Assembly: GCA_963814375.1 (NCBI GenBank)
Contig: CAWFCQ010000008.1
Coordinates: 320,001 to 384,000, forward strand
DNA from: an uncultured Chloroflexia bacterium
GTDB lineage: Bacteria > Chloroflexota > Limnocylindria > QHBO01
Length of the DNA: 64,000 bases
Direction of reading: 5' to 3'
The notes beneath the pieces are model-generated. The model was given only the letters and a program-made list of their open reading frames with translations, was not told the origin of the DNA and did no database searches. Every line of letters begins with the position of its first letter. Position 1 is the first letter of the stretch. Shown piece after piece: positions 1 through 10,899 of this stretch. The translations under genes were made by a program, and so were the position numbers.

Positions 1-2082
1 GGCGAGTACCTGACCAACGCCCAGGGCGAGGACGTCGTGGCGGGCGTGCGGACCCCCGCCAAGATCAGCCAGATGCGTGAGGAGCTGCCGGAGGTCTACG
101 CGCAGTTCGAGGAGATCGCGCAGCGCCTCGAGAGCCACTACCGCGAGATGCAGGACCTCGAGTTCACGATCGAGCGCGGCACGCTGTACATGCTCCAGAC
201 GCGCTCGGGCAAGCGAACCGCACCGGCCGCGGTGAAGATCGCGGTCGACATGGTCAACGAGGGCGTCATCAGCAAGGAGGAGGCGCTCCAGCGCGTCGAT
301 CCGGCCCAGATCGTCCAGCTCCTGCTCCCGCGCTTCGACGAGGCGGCCAAGACGAAGGTGGGGGATCGGCTGCTCGGGAAGGGCCTCAACGCGTCGCCGG
401 GCGCAGCCGTGGGTCAGGCGATCTTCGATCCCGACCGCGCCGTCGCCGCGCGGGACGCCGGCAAGCCGGTGATCCTGGTCCGGATAGAGACCAGCCCCGA
501 CGACGTTCACGGCATGCTCGCGGCCAAGGGCGTGCTCACGGCACGTGGGGGTGCGACCTCGCACGCCGCCGTGGTGGCTCGATCGATGGGCCTTCCGTGC
601 GTGGCGGGCGCCGAGTCGCTGAAGATCGACTACGCCAAGCGCCAGATGCGGGCCGGCTCGGCGACGGTGGCCGAGGGCGACGTCATCAGCATCGACGGCA
701 CCACCGGCGAGATCTTTGCCGGTGAGCTGCCGACGATCGAGGCTCGCTTCGAGGACGAGCACGACCTGGCCACGCTGCTCGGCTGGGCCGACGAGGTCCG
801 GACGATGCAGGTCTGGGCCAACGCCGACTACCCGCGCGACGCGGAGCGGGCACGCGCCTTCGGCGCGCAGGGCATCGGCCTGTGCCGGACCGAGCACATG
901 TTCTTCGAGGAGGATCGGCTGCCGACGGTACGGCGCATGATCCTCAACGCCCATGCGGCGACCGCGGCCAAGCACCTTGCCGACGCGGACCTCACCGACG
1001 ACGATCGCGAGGCCGTCACGACGTTCGACCAGGCGCTGGCGGAGCTGGAGCGCCTCCAGACGGATGACTTTGCCGGTCTCTTCCGCGCCATGGACGGCCT
1101 GCCGGTGGTCATCCGTCTCATCGATCCGCCGCTCCACGAGTTCCTGCCCTCCCACGACCAGCTCGTCGCGGACGTCACCCGGCTGCGCACGACGCTCGAT
1201 TTGACCGACGGCGCTCTCGGCGTAGACGCCGGGCTGGTGCAGCAGACGCTGGTGAAGCTATTCGGAACGAAGGACGCGGCGCGGGCGATGCGCAAGCTCG
1301 GCCTCTCGGAGCCCGAGCCGGGTATGAAGCGGTCGCCGCTCAATCGTCCGGCGCTCGAGGCCGATCTGGCGGAAAAGGAGGAGCTCCTTCACGCCGTCGA
1401 GGCGATGCGAGAGCAGAACCCGATGCTGGGTCTGCGTGGCGTGCGGCTGGGGCTGATGGTGCCCGACATCGTGAAGATGCAGACGCGGGCCATCCTGGCC
1501 GGCGCGGCGCGCGTGGCGGCCGAGGGCCTCACACCCCTGCCCGAGATCATGATCCCGCTCGTCGGGCATGTGAACGAGCTCGCCGAGACACGTGAGATCC
1601 TCGAGGCGGAGGTGGCGCGCATCGTCGAGGCCTCGGGCCAGCAGGTGGACTACAAGTTCGGCACGATGATCGAGGTCCCGCGAGGGGCGCTTACCGCCGA
1701 CGAGATCGCCGAGCACGCCGAGTTCTTCAGCTTCGGAACGAACGACCTGACCCAGATGGGCTTCGGCTACTCGCGTGACGACGCCGAGGGCAAGTTCCTG
1801 ATGCAGTACGTCGATCGCAAGGTCCTGCCCGAGAACCCGTTCCAGGTGCTCGACGTCGCGGGCATGGGACAGCTCATGCGAATGGGCGTCGAGAAGGGCA
1901 GGGCGACGAAACCGGACCTCAAGATCGGGATCTGCGGCGAGCATGGCGGCGACCCTCAGTCGATCGCCTTCTGCCACGAGGTCGGTCTCAACTACGTGAG
2001 CTGCTCCCCGTTCCGCGTGCCGGTGGCTCGGCTGGCGGCGGCGCAGGCGGCGATCGCGACAACCGAGGCCCGCGACAAGTAG
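1..2082 (+). CDS. ppdK: Pyruvate, phosphate dikinase (5'-truncated by window edge)
   Basis: Frame open from base 1 (GEYLTNAQGEDVVAGVRTP); phospho-His motif GGATSHAAVVAR; GLCRTEHMFF, FFSFGTNDLTQ, GICGEHGGDP, YVSCSPFRVP. Confidence 0.97.
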   Translation, partial: GEYLTNAQGEDVVAGVRTPAKISQMREELPEVYAQFEEIAQRLESHYREMQDLEFTIERGTLYMLQTRSGKRTAPAAVKIAVDMVNEGVISKEEALQRVDPAQIVQLLLPRFDEAAKTKVGDRLLGKGLNASPGAAVGQAIFDPDRAVAARDAGKPVILVRIETSPDDVHGMLAAKGVLTARGGATSHAAVVARSMGLPCVAGAESLKIDYAKRQMRAGSATVAEGDVISIDGTTGEIFAGELPTIEARFEDEHDLATLLGWADEVRTMQVWANADYPRDAERARAFGAQGIGLCRTEHMFFEEDRLPTVRRMILNAHAATAAKHLADADLTDDDREAVTTFDQALAELERLQTDDFAGLFRAMDGLPVVIRLIDPPLHEFLPSHDQLVADVTRLRTTLDLTDGALGVDAGLVQQTLVKLFGTKDAARAMRKLGLSEPEPGMKRSPLNRPALEADLAEKEELLHAVEAMREQNPMLGLRGVRLGLMVPDIVKMQTRAILAGAARVAAEGLTPLPEIMIPLVGHVNELAETREILEAEVARIVEASGQQVDYKFGTMIEVPRGALTADEIAEHAEFFSFGTNDLTQMGFGYSRDDAEGKFLMQYVDRKVLPENPFQVLDVAGMGQLMRMGVEKGRATKPDLKIGICGEHGGDPQSIAFCHEVGLNYVSCSPFRVPVARLAAAQAAIATTEARDK

Positions 2083-2100
2083 CCCGGGCGGCCCGAACCC

Positions 2101-3022
2101 CTACGGCGCGGCGGCGATCGTCACCGTGGCGGGGCTCGAGCTCGCCACGCCATCCGAGGCGAGGTAGCTGAAGGTGATGCCCGTGAAATCGGCGGGCGCG
2201 TCGAAGGTGAACGACCCATCGGCGTTGAGTGTCAGCCCGGCGACCGGATCTGCGAATGCCGTGAGCACATCGCCGTCCGGGTCGGCGTCGTTCGCCAGGA
2301 GGCCGGCCGCCGCATCCACCACCAGGGCCTGACCGGGCGCGACCGAGTAGTCGTCCGCGAGCGCCACCGGCGGGGCATTCGGCGGCGGAACGATCGGGGT
2401 AGGAGTCGGCTGGGCGGTAGGCGTCGGAATCGGCGGCGGGGGCAACCCGCGCGGGCTGGGCGTCGGAGGTGGGGGAGTCACCGGCGGTTCATTCGATGGC
2501 GTGGCTCGTGGCGGGGGCGTGCCGGCCGGAACGGGTCCACCGGCCACCGGCCCAGATCCACCGCCAACTGGCCCGGGTGTCGTCTCGGCAGACGGCGCTG
2601 CCCTGGCTGGGCGAGGCCGATGCATCGGGATTGTCCGTGGTCGACGGCGACGGCGTCGAAGGCGCTCCCTCACCCGCGAGCACGCCGCCTCCCGGCGTGG
2701 GAGGGGCCGTCGAAGCGGTCGCTCCGTCGGCAGGCACGCTGGGTGGCATGAGCCCGCTGCCGGCCACGATTCCCACCGTGAGCACCGCGACGGCCGTGGT
2801 TCCGATCAGAGCGCGGACGAGAATCGCCGAGCTGACGGCTTGCCCGGACGCGGTGGGCGGAATCGGGGCGACGCCGAGATCGATGTCGGCCAACGCATCG
2901 AGCGCCGCGATCCGGCCCAGACACGTCTGGCACGCCGAGGCATGGAGCGCCACGTCTCGCGCCGGTTCGCCGAGCGCGCCGGCGCCAAGCCAGGCGGCCA
3001 GCCGGTCGTGAAGGTCGCTCAT
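2101..3022 (-). CDS. Putative zinc-binding anti-sigma-like membrane protein with Pro-rich linker and C-terminal Ig-like (Big_9/cadherin-type) domain; frameshift near 2595
   Basis: ORF 2489..3022 gives HxxxCxxC (HASACQTC) plus a TM helix; ORF 2101..2673 gives a PTPT linker and NAPPVALADDY...GLLANDADPDGDVLT...LNADGSFTF; start overlaps the upstream sigma stop (ATGA). Confidence 0.7.
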
Positions 3023-3573
3023 CCCAGCGTTCGGCGCGCTACCGCGTGGATTCGTTCCGCGATCGGGCCGTCACTGACGGGGTGGGCATCGGTAGGGGCT
3101 GCATCGAGGTAGCGGAGGCGGGCGCGCTTCAGGAGCCGATCCAGAGCGCGCCCGTCTCGACCGACGACAACTGCCACGTCGCGACGATCGAGCCTCTCGA
3201 TCGATGCCGCGATGAGTGCGGCCCGCTCAGCATGCTTCAGTGCACTGAGCCCGCGCAGAACGGCTGGGTCGGCCCCGATGTCGCCGAGGTCGGAGGCTGC
3301 GTCCGGGTCCCGCCGACCAGCCGATCGGCGCGGGGCCGCGCGAACGACTTGGGATCGAAGCCAGGCCGCGGCCCGCTCGGGGTGGCGCAGCTCGTCGACT
3401 CGTCGGCCGCCTGCGGCAAGCGCATCGGCGGCACGGCGCGCCGCCTCGGGCCGATCGCCGAGCGTGAGCAGCAGCGCGAATCCATGGAGGCGCCGCCCGT
3501 GCAGGTCGTGAAACGCGGCGCGGACGGCGTCGGGCGGCGGCGGTGTGGCGGGAGCACGCTGCTCGGGGTGCAT
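3019..3573 (-). CDS. Degenerate ECF-type RNA polymerase sigma factor
   Basis: AFHDLHGRRLHGFALLLTLGDRPEA (region 2-like), AAAWLRSQV, LSALKHAERAALI...DVAVVVGR...RLLKRARLR (region 4-like); coupled to a ZAS-type gene; TACACT -10 at 3608-3613 (minus). Confidence 0.65.
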   Translation of the reverse strand: MHPEQRAPATPPPPDAVRAAFHDLHGRRLHGFALLLTLGDRPEAARRAADALAAGGRRVDELRHPERAAAWLRSQVVRAAPRRSAGRRDPDAASDLGDIGADPAVLRGLSALKHAERAALIAASIERLDRRDVAVVVGRDGRALDRLLKRARLRYLDAAPTDAHPVSDGPIAERIHAVARRTLG

Positions 3574-3662
3574 CGGCCTCGGTCGGTGCGGTGCGGATCG
3601 GTGCGGAAGTGTACCGTTCCGGTGCAACCACCGCGCCCATCTCACGCTTGATGGCGACCGAA

Positions 3663-3713
3663 CTTGACAATCGGCTAAAATAGACCCGGAGACCTTGACA
3701 AACCACTTGACAA
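3663..3713 (+). promoter_or_regulatory. dnaG promoter region: -10 TAAAAT (3676-3681) with three direct CTTGACAA repeats
   Basis: CTTGACAA at 3663-3670, 3694-3701 and 3706-3713 in an AT-rich intergenic patch. Confidence 0.55.
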
Positions 3714-3760
3714 GCGGAAGCGCCCACGGAAACGCGTATCTGGGGCGCGAGGGAATCAAC

Positions 3761-5578
3761 ATCACCGGATCCTCGAGCATCGTCGCGGATATCAAGTCGA
3801 AGCTGCCCGTCGCCGACGTCGTCGGCGATACCGTCGCGCTCAAGCGCGCGGGCACGATCCTCAAGGGCCTCTGCCCCTTCCACGGCGAGAAGACAGCATC
3901 GTTCATCGTCACGCCCGATCGGGAGACGTGGCACTGCTTCGGCTGCGGTGAGCACGGCGACATCTTCACCTTCGTCATGAAGCGCGACGGCCTCGACTTT
4001 CGGGAGGCGCTCGCCCGACTGGCGGAGAAGGCCGGCGTCGAGCTCTCGGAGCGCACGGCGAGCGAGGACCGCCGCAAGCGGCGGCTGCGCGAGGCGCTGG
4101 AGGCGGCGATTGCCTGGTATCGCGAGGTCCTGCTCCAGGCACGCCAGGCCGAGCGGGCGCGCTCCTATCTCGCCGAGCGCGGGCTCAGCGAGGAGACCCT
4201 CGAGCGGTTCGGGATCGGCTACGCGCTCAACAACTGGGAGGCGCTTGCCAAGCGCCTTCGTGCCAAGGGATTCAGCGACACCGAGCTGACCGATGCGGGT
4301 CTCGCCAGCCCGTCGACGCGCGGGGGCGTCTACGATCGCTTCCGCGGCCGGATCATCATTCCGATCCGCGACGCCTCCGGCCGGGCCATCGGGCTCGGCG
4401 GCCGCATCCTGCCGGATGCCGAGGGCCCGAAGTACCTCAACTCGCCCGCGACTGCCCTCTTCGACAAGAGCCGGACCCTGTACGGCATCGACCTCGCCAA
4501 GGGCGCGATTCGGCGCGAGAAGCTCGCGGTCATCGTTGAGGGCTACACCGACGTCATGGCGGCGCACCAGGCCGGATTCGGCAACGTCGTCGCCAGCCTC
4601 GGCACGGCCCTCACCCAGGGGCAGGTGGAGCTCGCCAACCGCTACGCCGAGGGCGTCGCGCTGGCCTATGACGTCGATCTCGCCGGCGAGGCCGCCACCC
4701 AGCGCGGGCTGCTCGAGGAGCTCGGTCCAGTGGTGAGCAAGGTGCGGGTCATCCGCATCCCGGCCGGCAAGGATCCCGACGAGCTGATTCGGACCGACCC
4801 GGATGGGTGGCGCACCGCGGTCGAATCGGCCGAGGAGCTGCTGCCGTACTTCATGCAGCGTGCCGCGAGCGAGGTCGACCTGCGCCAGCCACACGGCCGG
4901 AGCGCCTATACGCGCCGGATGCTCGACCTGCTGGGGCGCATCCCGGATCGGGTCGAGCGCGACTCCTACGTCCCTCGCCTCGCCCAGCTGGCGGGCATCG
5001 ACGAGCGGGTCCTGCGCGACGAGCTGGCACGGGGCCCGCGCCCGATGCCCATCCGACCAATCGAGGCTGAAGCGTCCGTGGCGGATGCCGCCGGCCTCGG
5101 CGCGCTCGAGAGGGAGGCGCTGATGCTGCTCCTCCTGAACCCAGCCCTGGCCGCTGAGCAGGCCGGCGAGCGGCTGCCGATCCGTGACAGTTCCGGGCTC
5201 GCTCTCGCCGAGGCCTGGATCGGGGCGGTGTCATCCGCGGGCGGAAGGCCTGAGCTGGACGCCTTCGTGTCCGGGCTCGATCCCGTCACCGGTGAGCTTG
5301 CGCGCGGCCTGCTGGCATCCGCGCGCGCGCGAATGGTGCGGCCGGATCTCGAGACCGATCGCGAGGCCCTGCGCGTCTGCCTGCTTCGCCTGCGGAAGGA
5401 GCAGCTCCAGGACCGGCTCGCCGACCTTCAGTCATTGATCAGCGTCGGGGCAGGCGCCACCGATGGCACCGATCTCCACGATCTCGAACGACAGTTCCAG
5501 GTGCTGCATCTCGAGAGGGAGCAGCTCGAACAGGCGATCAACCCGTCGGCCGTCGTGGCCGGACAGAGGAGGAACTAG
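3761..5578 (+). CDS. dnaG: DNA primase (start uncertain: ATC 3761 after GAGGGA, or TTG 3695/3707)
   Basis: Zn ribbon CPFHGEKTASF...CFGC; DRFRGRIIIPI, PKYLNSP; TOPRIM VEGYTDV and YDVDLAG; KDPDE. Confidence 0.97.
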   Translation: MTGSSSIVADIKSKLPVADVVGDTVALKRAGTILKGLCPFHGEKTASFIVTPDRETWHCFGCGEHGDIFTFVMKRDGLDFREALARLAEKAGVELSERTASEDRRKRRLREALEAAIAWYREVLLQARQAERARSYLAERGLSEETLERFGIGYALNNWEALAKRLRAKGFSDTELTDAGLASPSTRGGVYDRFRGRIIIPIRDASGRAIGLGGRILPDAEGPKYLNSPATALFDKSRTLYGIDLAKGAIRREKLAVIVEGYTDVMAAHQAGFGNVVASLGTALTQGQVELANRYAEGVALAYDVDLAGEAATQRGLLEELGPVVSKVRVIRIPAGKDPDELIRTDPDGWRTAVESAEELLPYFMQRAASEVDLRQPHGRSAYTRRMLDLLGRIPDRVERDSYVPRLAQLAGIDERVLRDELARGPRPMPIRPIEAEASVADAAGLGALEREALMLLLLNPALAAEQAGERLPIRDSSGLALAEAWIGAVSSAGGRPELDAFVSGLDPVTGELARGLLASARARMVRPDLETDREALRVCLLRLRKEQLQDRLADLQSLISVGAGATDGTDLHDLERQFQVLHLEREQLEQAINPSAVVAGQRRN

Positions 5579-5582
5579 CACC

Positions 5583-7783
<2,201 letters not shown>

Positions 7784-7786
7784 CCG

Positions 7787-8389
7787 ATGCAGTTCGCGGA
7801 GGTCGTCCGCCAACGGCGGATGGTCCGGCACTTCGCGCCCGACGCGATCGATCGGTCGGTGCTCGAGCGGATCGCGGCGACCGCGCAGCGGGCGCCGTCG
7901 GCCGGGTTCAGCCAGGGCCAGCGGCTCATCATCGTGACGGATCCAGCGCGCCGGCGACGGTTGGCCGAGCTCGCCGGAGAGGGCTTCTACACCGATCGCG
8001 GCTTCGACCCGTGGATCAGCGAGGCGCCGGCACTGTTCGTGCCCGCCGTCTCGGCCAAGGTGTATGTCGATCGTTACAACGAGCCGGACAAGCGCGACCC
8101 GTCGGCTCCGCCGGGCACGGAGGACGAGTGGGATGTGCCGTACTGGTGGATGGACGTCGGCTGCACGGTGATGCTCATCCTCCTCGCCGCCGTTGACGAG
8201 GGACTGGCAGCCGGGTTCGCCGGTGGCGACTTCGACGGCATCCGTGCCGAGGTCGGTCTGCCGGGCGACTTCACGCCGGTCGGCGTGATCCCGGTCGGGA
8301 GGCCCCTGCCGGACAAGAAGTCGCCGTCCCTGCAGCGCGGATGGCGCGGTCTCGACGAATTCGCGCGTTGGGAGCGCTGGGAAGGCTAG
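7787..8389 (+). CDS. Nitroreductase family protein
   Basis: RRMVRHF, AQRAPSAGFSQG, LLAAVDEGLAAGF, GVIPVGRP. Confidence 0.9.
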   Translation: MQFAEVVRQRRMVRHFAPDAIDRSVLERIAATAQRAPSAGFSQGQRLIIVTDPARRRRLAELAGEGFYTDRGFDPWISEAPALFVPAVSAKVYVDRYNEPDKRDPSAPPGTEDEWDVPYWWMDVGCTVMLILLAAVDEGLAAGFAGGDFDGIRAEVGLPGDFTPVGVIPVGRPLPDKKSPSLQRGWRGLDEFARWERWEG

Positions 8390-8412
8390 GCCTCAGCTCG
8401 GTCGTCCTTCCT

Positions 8413-8442
8413 TTGACCCTGGTCGGCGCCGAGCGCTATCAT
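8413..8442 (+). promoter_or_regulatory. Sigma70 promoter of tRNA-Asn
   Basis: TTGACC-N18-TATCAT. Confidence 0.6.
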
Positions 8443-8485
8443 CGCCGATGTCCACGGGAGCCCTCGCATCGGTCCCGTCACGCGT

Positions 8486-8560
8486 TCCGGCGTAGCTCAG
8501 TGGTAGAGCGGGCGGCTGTTAACCGCTTGGTCGTAGGTTCGAATCCTACCGCCGGAGCCA
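8486..8560 (+). tRNA. tRNA-Asn (GTT)
   Basis: Acceptor TCCGGCG/CGCCGGA, anticodon arm GCGG-CT-GTT-AA-CCGC, GTTCGAATC T-loop, encoded CCA. Confidence 0.97.
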
Positions 8561-8626
8561 CCTTCCTCCCGGACATGGATGTGGCGCCGATGCGCCATCG
8601 CGGCGCACCGACGCGTGGTTGCCTGC

Positions 8627-9428
8627 CTAGGCGCTGGCGGCCGCCGGCTCGGCGACGAGTGGCTCGCCGGTCTCGAGCAGCGACTTGAGGCCTGAGAGGA
8701 TGAAGGGCATCCCACCCGACACCTGCTCGAAGGTGGCGGTCCGCGACGGGAACTCGTCGTGGATCGTCGTCACCTTGGTGACGCCCGGTGCGGCCTCCTC
8801 GATCTCCCACGTCAGCCGAGACGGCGCATCCGATGCGACGTCCTCGTCCCAGCGCGCGTCGAACGTCTGGACCAGGCGGCGTGGGGGATCGGCCTCGAGG
8901 ACGGTCCCGACGATGGCGTCGGTGCCGCCCAGGAGTGTAGCGAAACGTCGAGCCGGCCTTCCAATCGGACTCGACGGAGCTGCCGTAGTAGTAGCGGAGC
9001 GTGAACTCCGACTCGGTGATGGCCGCCCACACCCGATCGGGCGTGGCGCGGATGAAGATCTGCGAGACAGCATGCGGGCGATCCCGTGTCTCGCCGTCGG
9101 TACCCATGGTGGGCTCCTCCATGAACGATTGAAGGGCAAGCAGAACGTCCGCGGCGCGAGTCCGGAACTTGTCGAGCCAGCGGTCGTGGAGCCTTCGGAT
9201 GGGGACGGGGTTGAGGTAGTGGAGCCGCCTGCGGCCGCTCCGATGCGAGACCACCAGCCCCGCCTGCTCCAGGATGCGCAGGTGCTTCATGACCGCGATG
9301 CGGGTCATCTGGGGAAGTGCCTTCTCGAGCTCGCCGAGCGTCTGGCCATCGCGCTCATAGAGCCGATCCAGCAGCCGCCGGCGGGATGGATCCGCCAACG
9401 CCCGAAAGACCTGGTCACCCTGCTCCAT
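8627..9428 (-). CDS. ArsR-family HTH regulator fused to SRPBCC (AHA1/START) domain; frameshift near 8935
   Basis: VFRALADPSRRRLLDRL...MKHLRILEQAGLV...HYLNPVPI; IFIRATPDRVWAAIT; continues in another frame GTVLEADPPRRLVQT...ILSGLKSLLETG. Confidence 0.88.
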
Positions 9429-9435
9429 GCCCGGG

Positions 9436-9465
9436 AGAATACGTCACCATTCGGTTACATGTCAA
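9436..9465 (-). promoter_or_regulatory. Leaderless sigma70 promoter with imperfect palindromic operator (probable ArsR autoregulation)
   Basis: TTGACA(9465-9460)-N18-TATTCT(9441-9436)-7 nt-ATG; the spacer contains GTAACC-GAAT-GGTGAC. Confidence 0.7.
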
Positions 9466-9467
9466 TA

Positions 9468-9626
9468 CCCGAGGGTGCGCAGGTCAGGCGAGCGGGTGAG
9501 GAAATCAGGAGCTCGGGCTAACGCCTGGGCGTTTCGCGCGTTAGTACTCGTGAGCCGGGCACTGCGTTGGCGGCTCTGCCGCCAGGGCAGCCGCAGTGAC
9601 CCGGTCTTTTCATGCCCGCCAAAAGC
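9468..9626. other. Structured intergenic element (several hairpins, T-run on + strand)
   Basis: CCCGAG..CTCGGG; CTAACGC..GCGTTAG; CCGGGCACTGCG..CGCAGTGACCCGG enclosing TGGCGGC-TCT-GCCGCCA, followed by TCTTTT. Confidence 0.4.
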
Positions 9627-9839
9627 TCAGGTCGAGCGCTCGTCCCAGTCCGGGTCGACCGGCGCCGTTGGCCCGACGTCGTCGAAGGTCGGCACGAGGA
9701 TCCAGCCCATGACGCCCATCGCCACCGCGAAGAAGGCGAGCATGATCGACCCGGACCACTCATAGCCGCTCATCCACCAGTAGGCGACGGCCACGACCAG
9801 GATGCCGACCGGGAGGATGAGGAACTTGAGCAGGCTCAT
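9627..9839 (-). CDS. Small two-TM membrane protein (hypothetical)
   Basis: 70 aa with two hydrophobic helices and an acidic tail; TATCAT 6 nt before the ATG. Confidence 0.7.
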   Translation of the reverse strand: MSLLKFLILPVGILVVAVAYWWMSGYEWSGSIMLAFFAVAMGVMGWILVPTFDDVGPTAPVDPDWDERST

Positions 9840-9857
9840 GGTCCGATGATAGCGGGC

Positions 9858-10430
9858 TCAGACGAGCCAGCCGCAGTCCGTTCGACCCACTGGCTCGACG
9901 GACCCGATGGCCGACTCGCCAAGCGGGCGGATGCCGGTGTCGGGCGCATGGCCGCGCACGAGGGGCCGCGTACCGAGCGTCAGATCGGCCGAGGTCAACG
10001 TGGCGCGCCGAATTCTCGCATCCGTGACCGGGGGACCAACGTCGGTGGAGTCGGGGACCGTGACCGCGGTCAGCGAGCCGCCCTCGGCGGCCCGGGCCGT
10101 GACGACCGTGCCGTCCGGATAGCTCAGCCAGAGCCCCCGCAGGCGGGCGATGAAGTGCTCGGGCATCCCCGGGACGAGCATCTCGACGATCCCCTGGCCG
10201 CTGCGACGGTAGCCGCGCGGGCGCTCATCGGCCTGGACGCGGTCGACGAACGCTCGGGCCAGGAGCTCTTCGACGGCGATGCGGATCGCCTCGGGAGCCT
10301 CGACGCGAACCTTTCCGCCACTGAAGATCGCGCGGCCGACGACGTCTGACTCGGCGTCGCCGGACCGGATGCTCAGCAGGTCGTAGGCGAGCGTGTCCTC
10401 GGTCCGCGGGTCCGCGTGGGGATCGAGCAT
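9858..10430 (-). CDS. Hypothetical protein
   Basis: Protein-like composition and GC3-biased codons; TATCCT 6 nt before ATG 10430. Confidence 0.7.
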   Translation of the reverse strand: MLDPHADPRTEDTLAYDLLSIRSGDAESDVVGRAIFSGGKVRVEAPEAIRIAVEELLARAFVDRVQADERPRGYRRSGQGIVEMLVPGMPEHFIARLRGLWLSYPDGTVVTARAAEGGSLTAVTVPDSTDVGPPVTDARIRRATLTSADLTLGTRPLVRGHAPDTGIRPLGESAIGSVEPVGRTDCGWLV

Positions 10431-10530
10431 GGGCCGAGGATAGCCGAAGCGATCGGGCCCGCGTCGCACCGCGACGCGCTCCGGCGCTGGGCTAGAATCT
10501 GGCGGTCATCCCAGGCACCCAGGAGGTCCG

Positions 10531-10887
10531 GTGAGCGAGGTCGACCAGGCAGCCTACCGCGAGATGGTGTCCGCCCAGGACGCGAAGCAGGTCGATGCCT
10601 GGGCCAGTGACCTGTTCATGGACTTCGCCAAGCGCCTCGGCGTCGGCCGGGCGATCGCGAGCTTCTGCACGGTCACCGGCCTCGATTCCCGTGGCTTCCA
10701 GCGGGCCTTCCTGGTGGGCGGGGGACCGGATCACGTTGTCGGGATCGATACCGCCGGCTCACTCGCGGCTCCCATTTTCGAGCTCCCGAAGGCGATCGCC
10801 GGGCTGCGCCGGATCGACCCGGACGCGCAGCAAAAGCTCGTCGACTTCCTCGTGGCGAACCACGAGGTCATGAGCTACACCGCCTGA
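10531..10887 (+). CDS. Hypothetical protein
   Basis: AGGAGG RBS before GTG; TAGAAT -10 near 10493; GC3-biased codons. Confidence 0.8.
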   Translation: MSEVDQAAYREMVSAQDAKQVDAWASDLFMDFAKRLGVGRAIASFCTVTGLDSRGFQRAFLVGGGPDHVVGIDTAGSLAAPIFELPKAIAGLRRIDPDAQQKLVDFLVANHEVMSYTA

Positions 10888-10899
10888 CGGCGGAGCTGG

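Noticed and set aside
5485-5498. CGAAC-GACA-GTTCC LexA-like box upstream of rpoD
   Set aside because: It lies in dnaG coding sequence (LERQFQ), has a poor spacer and no adjacent promoter; likely chance.
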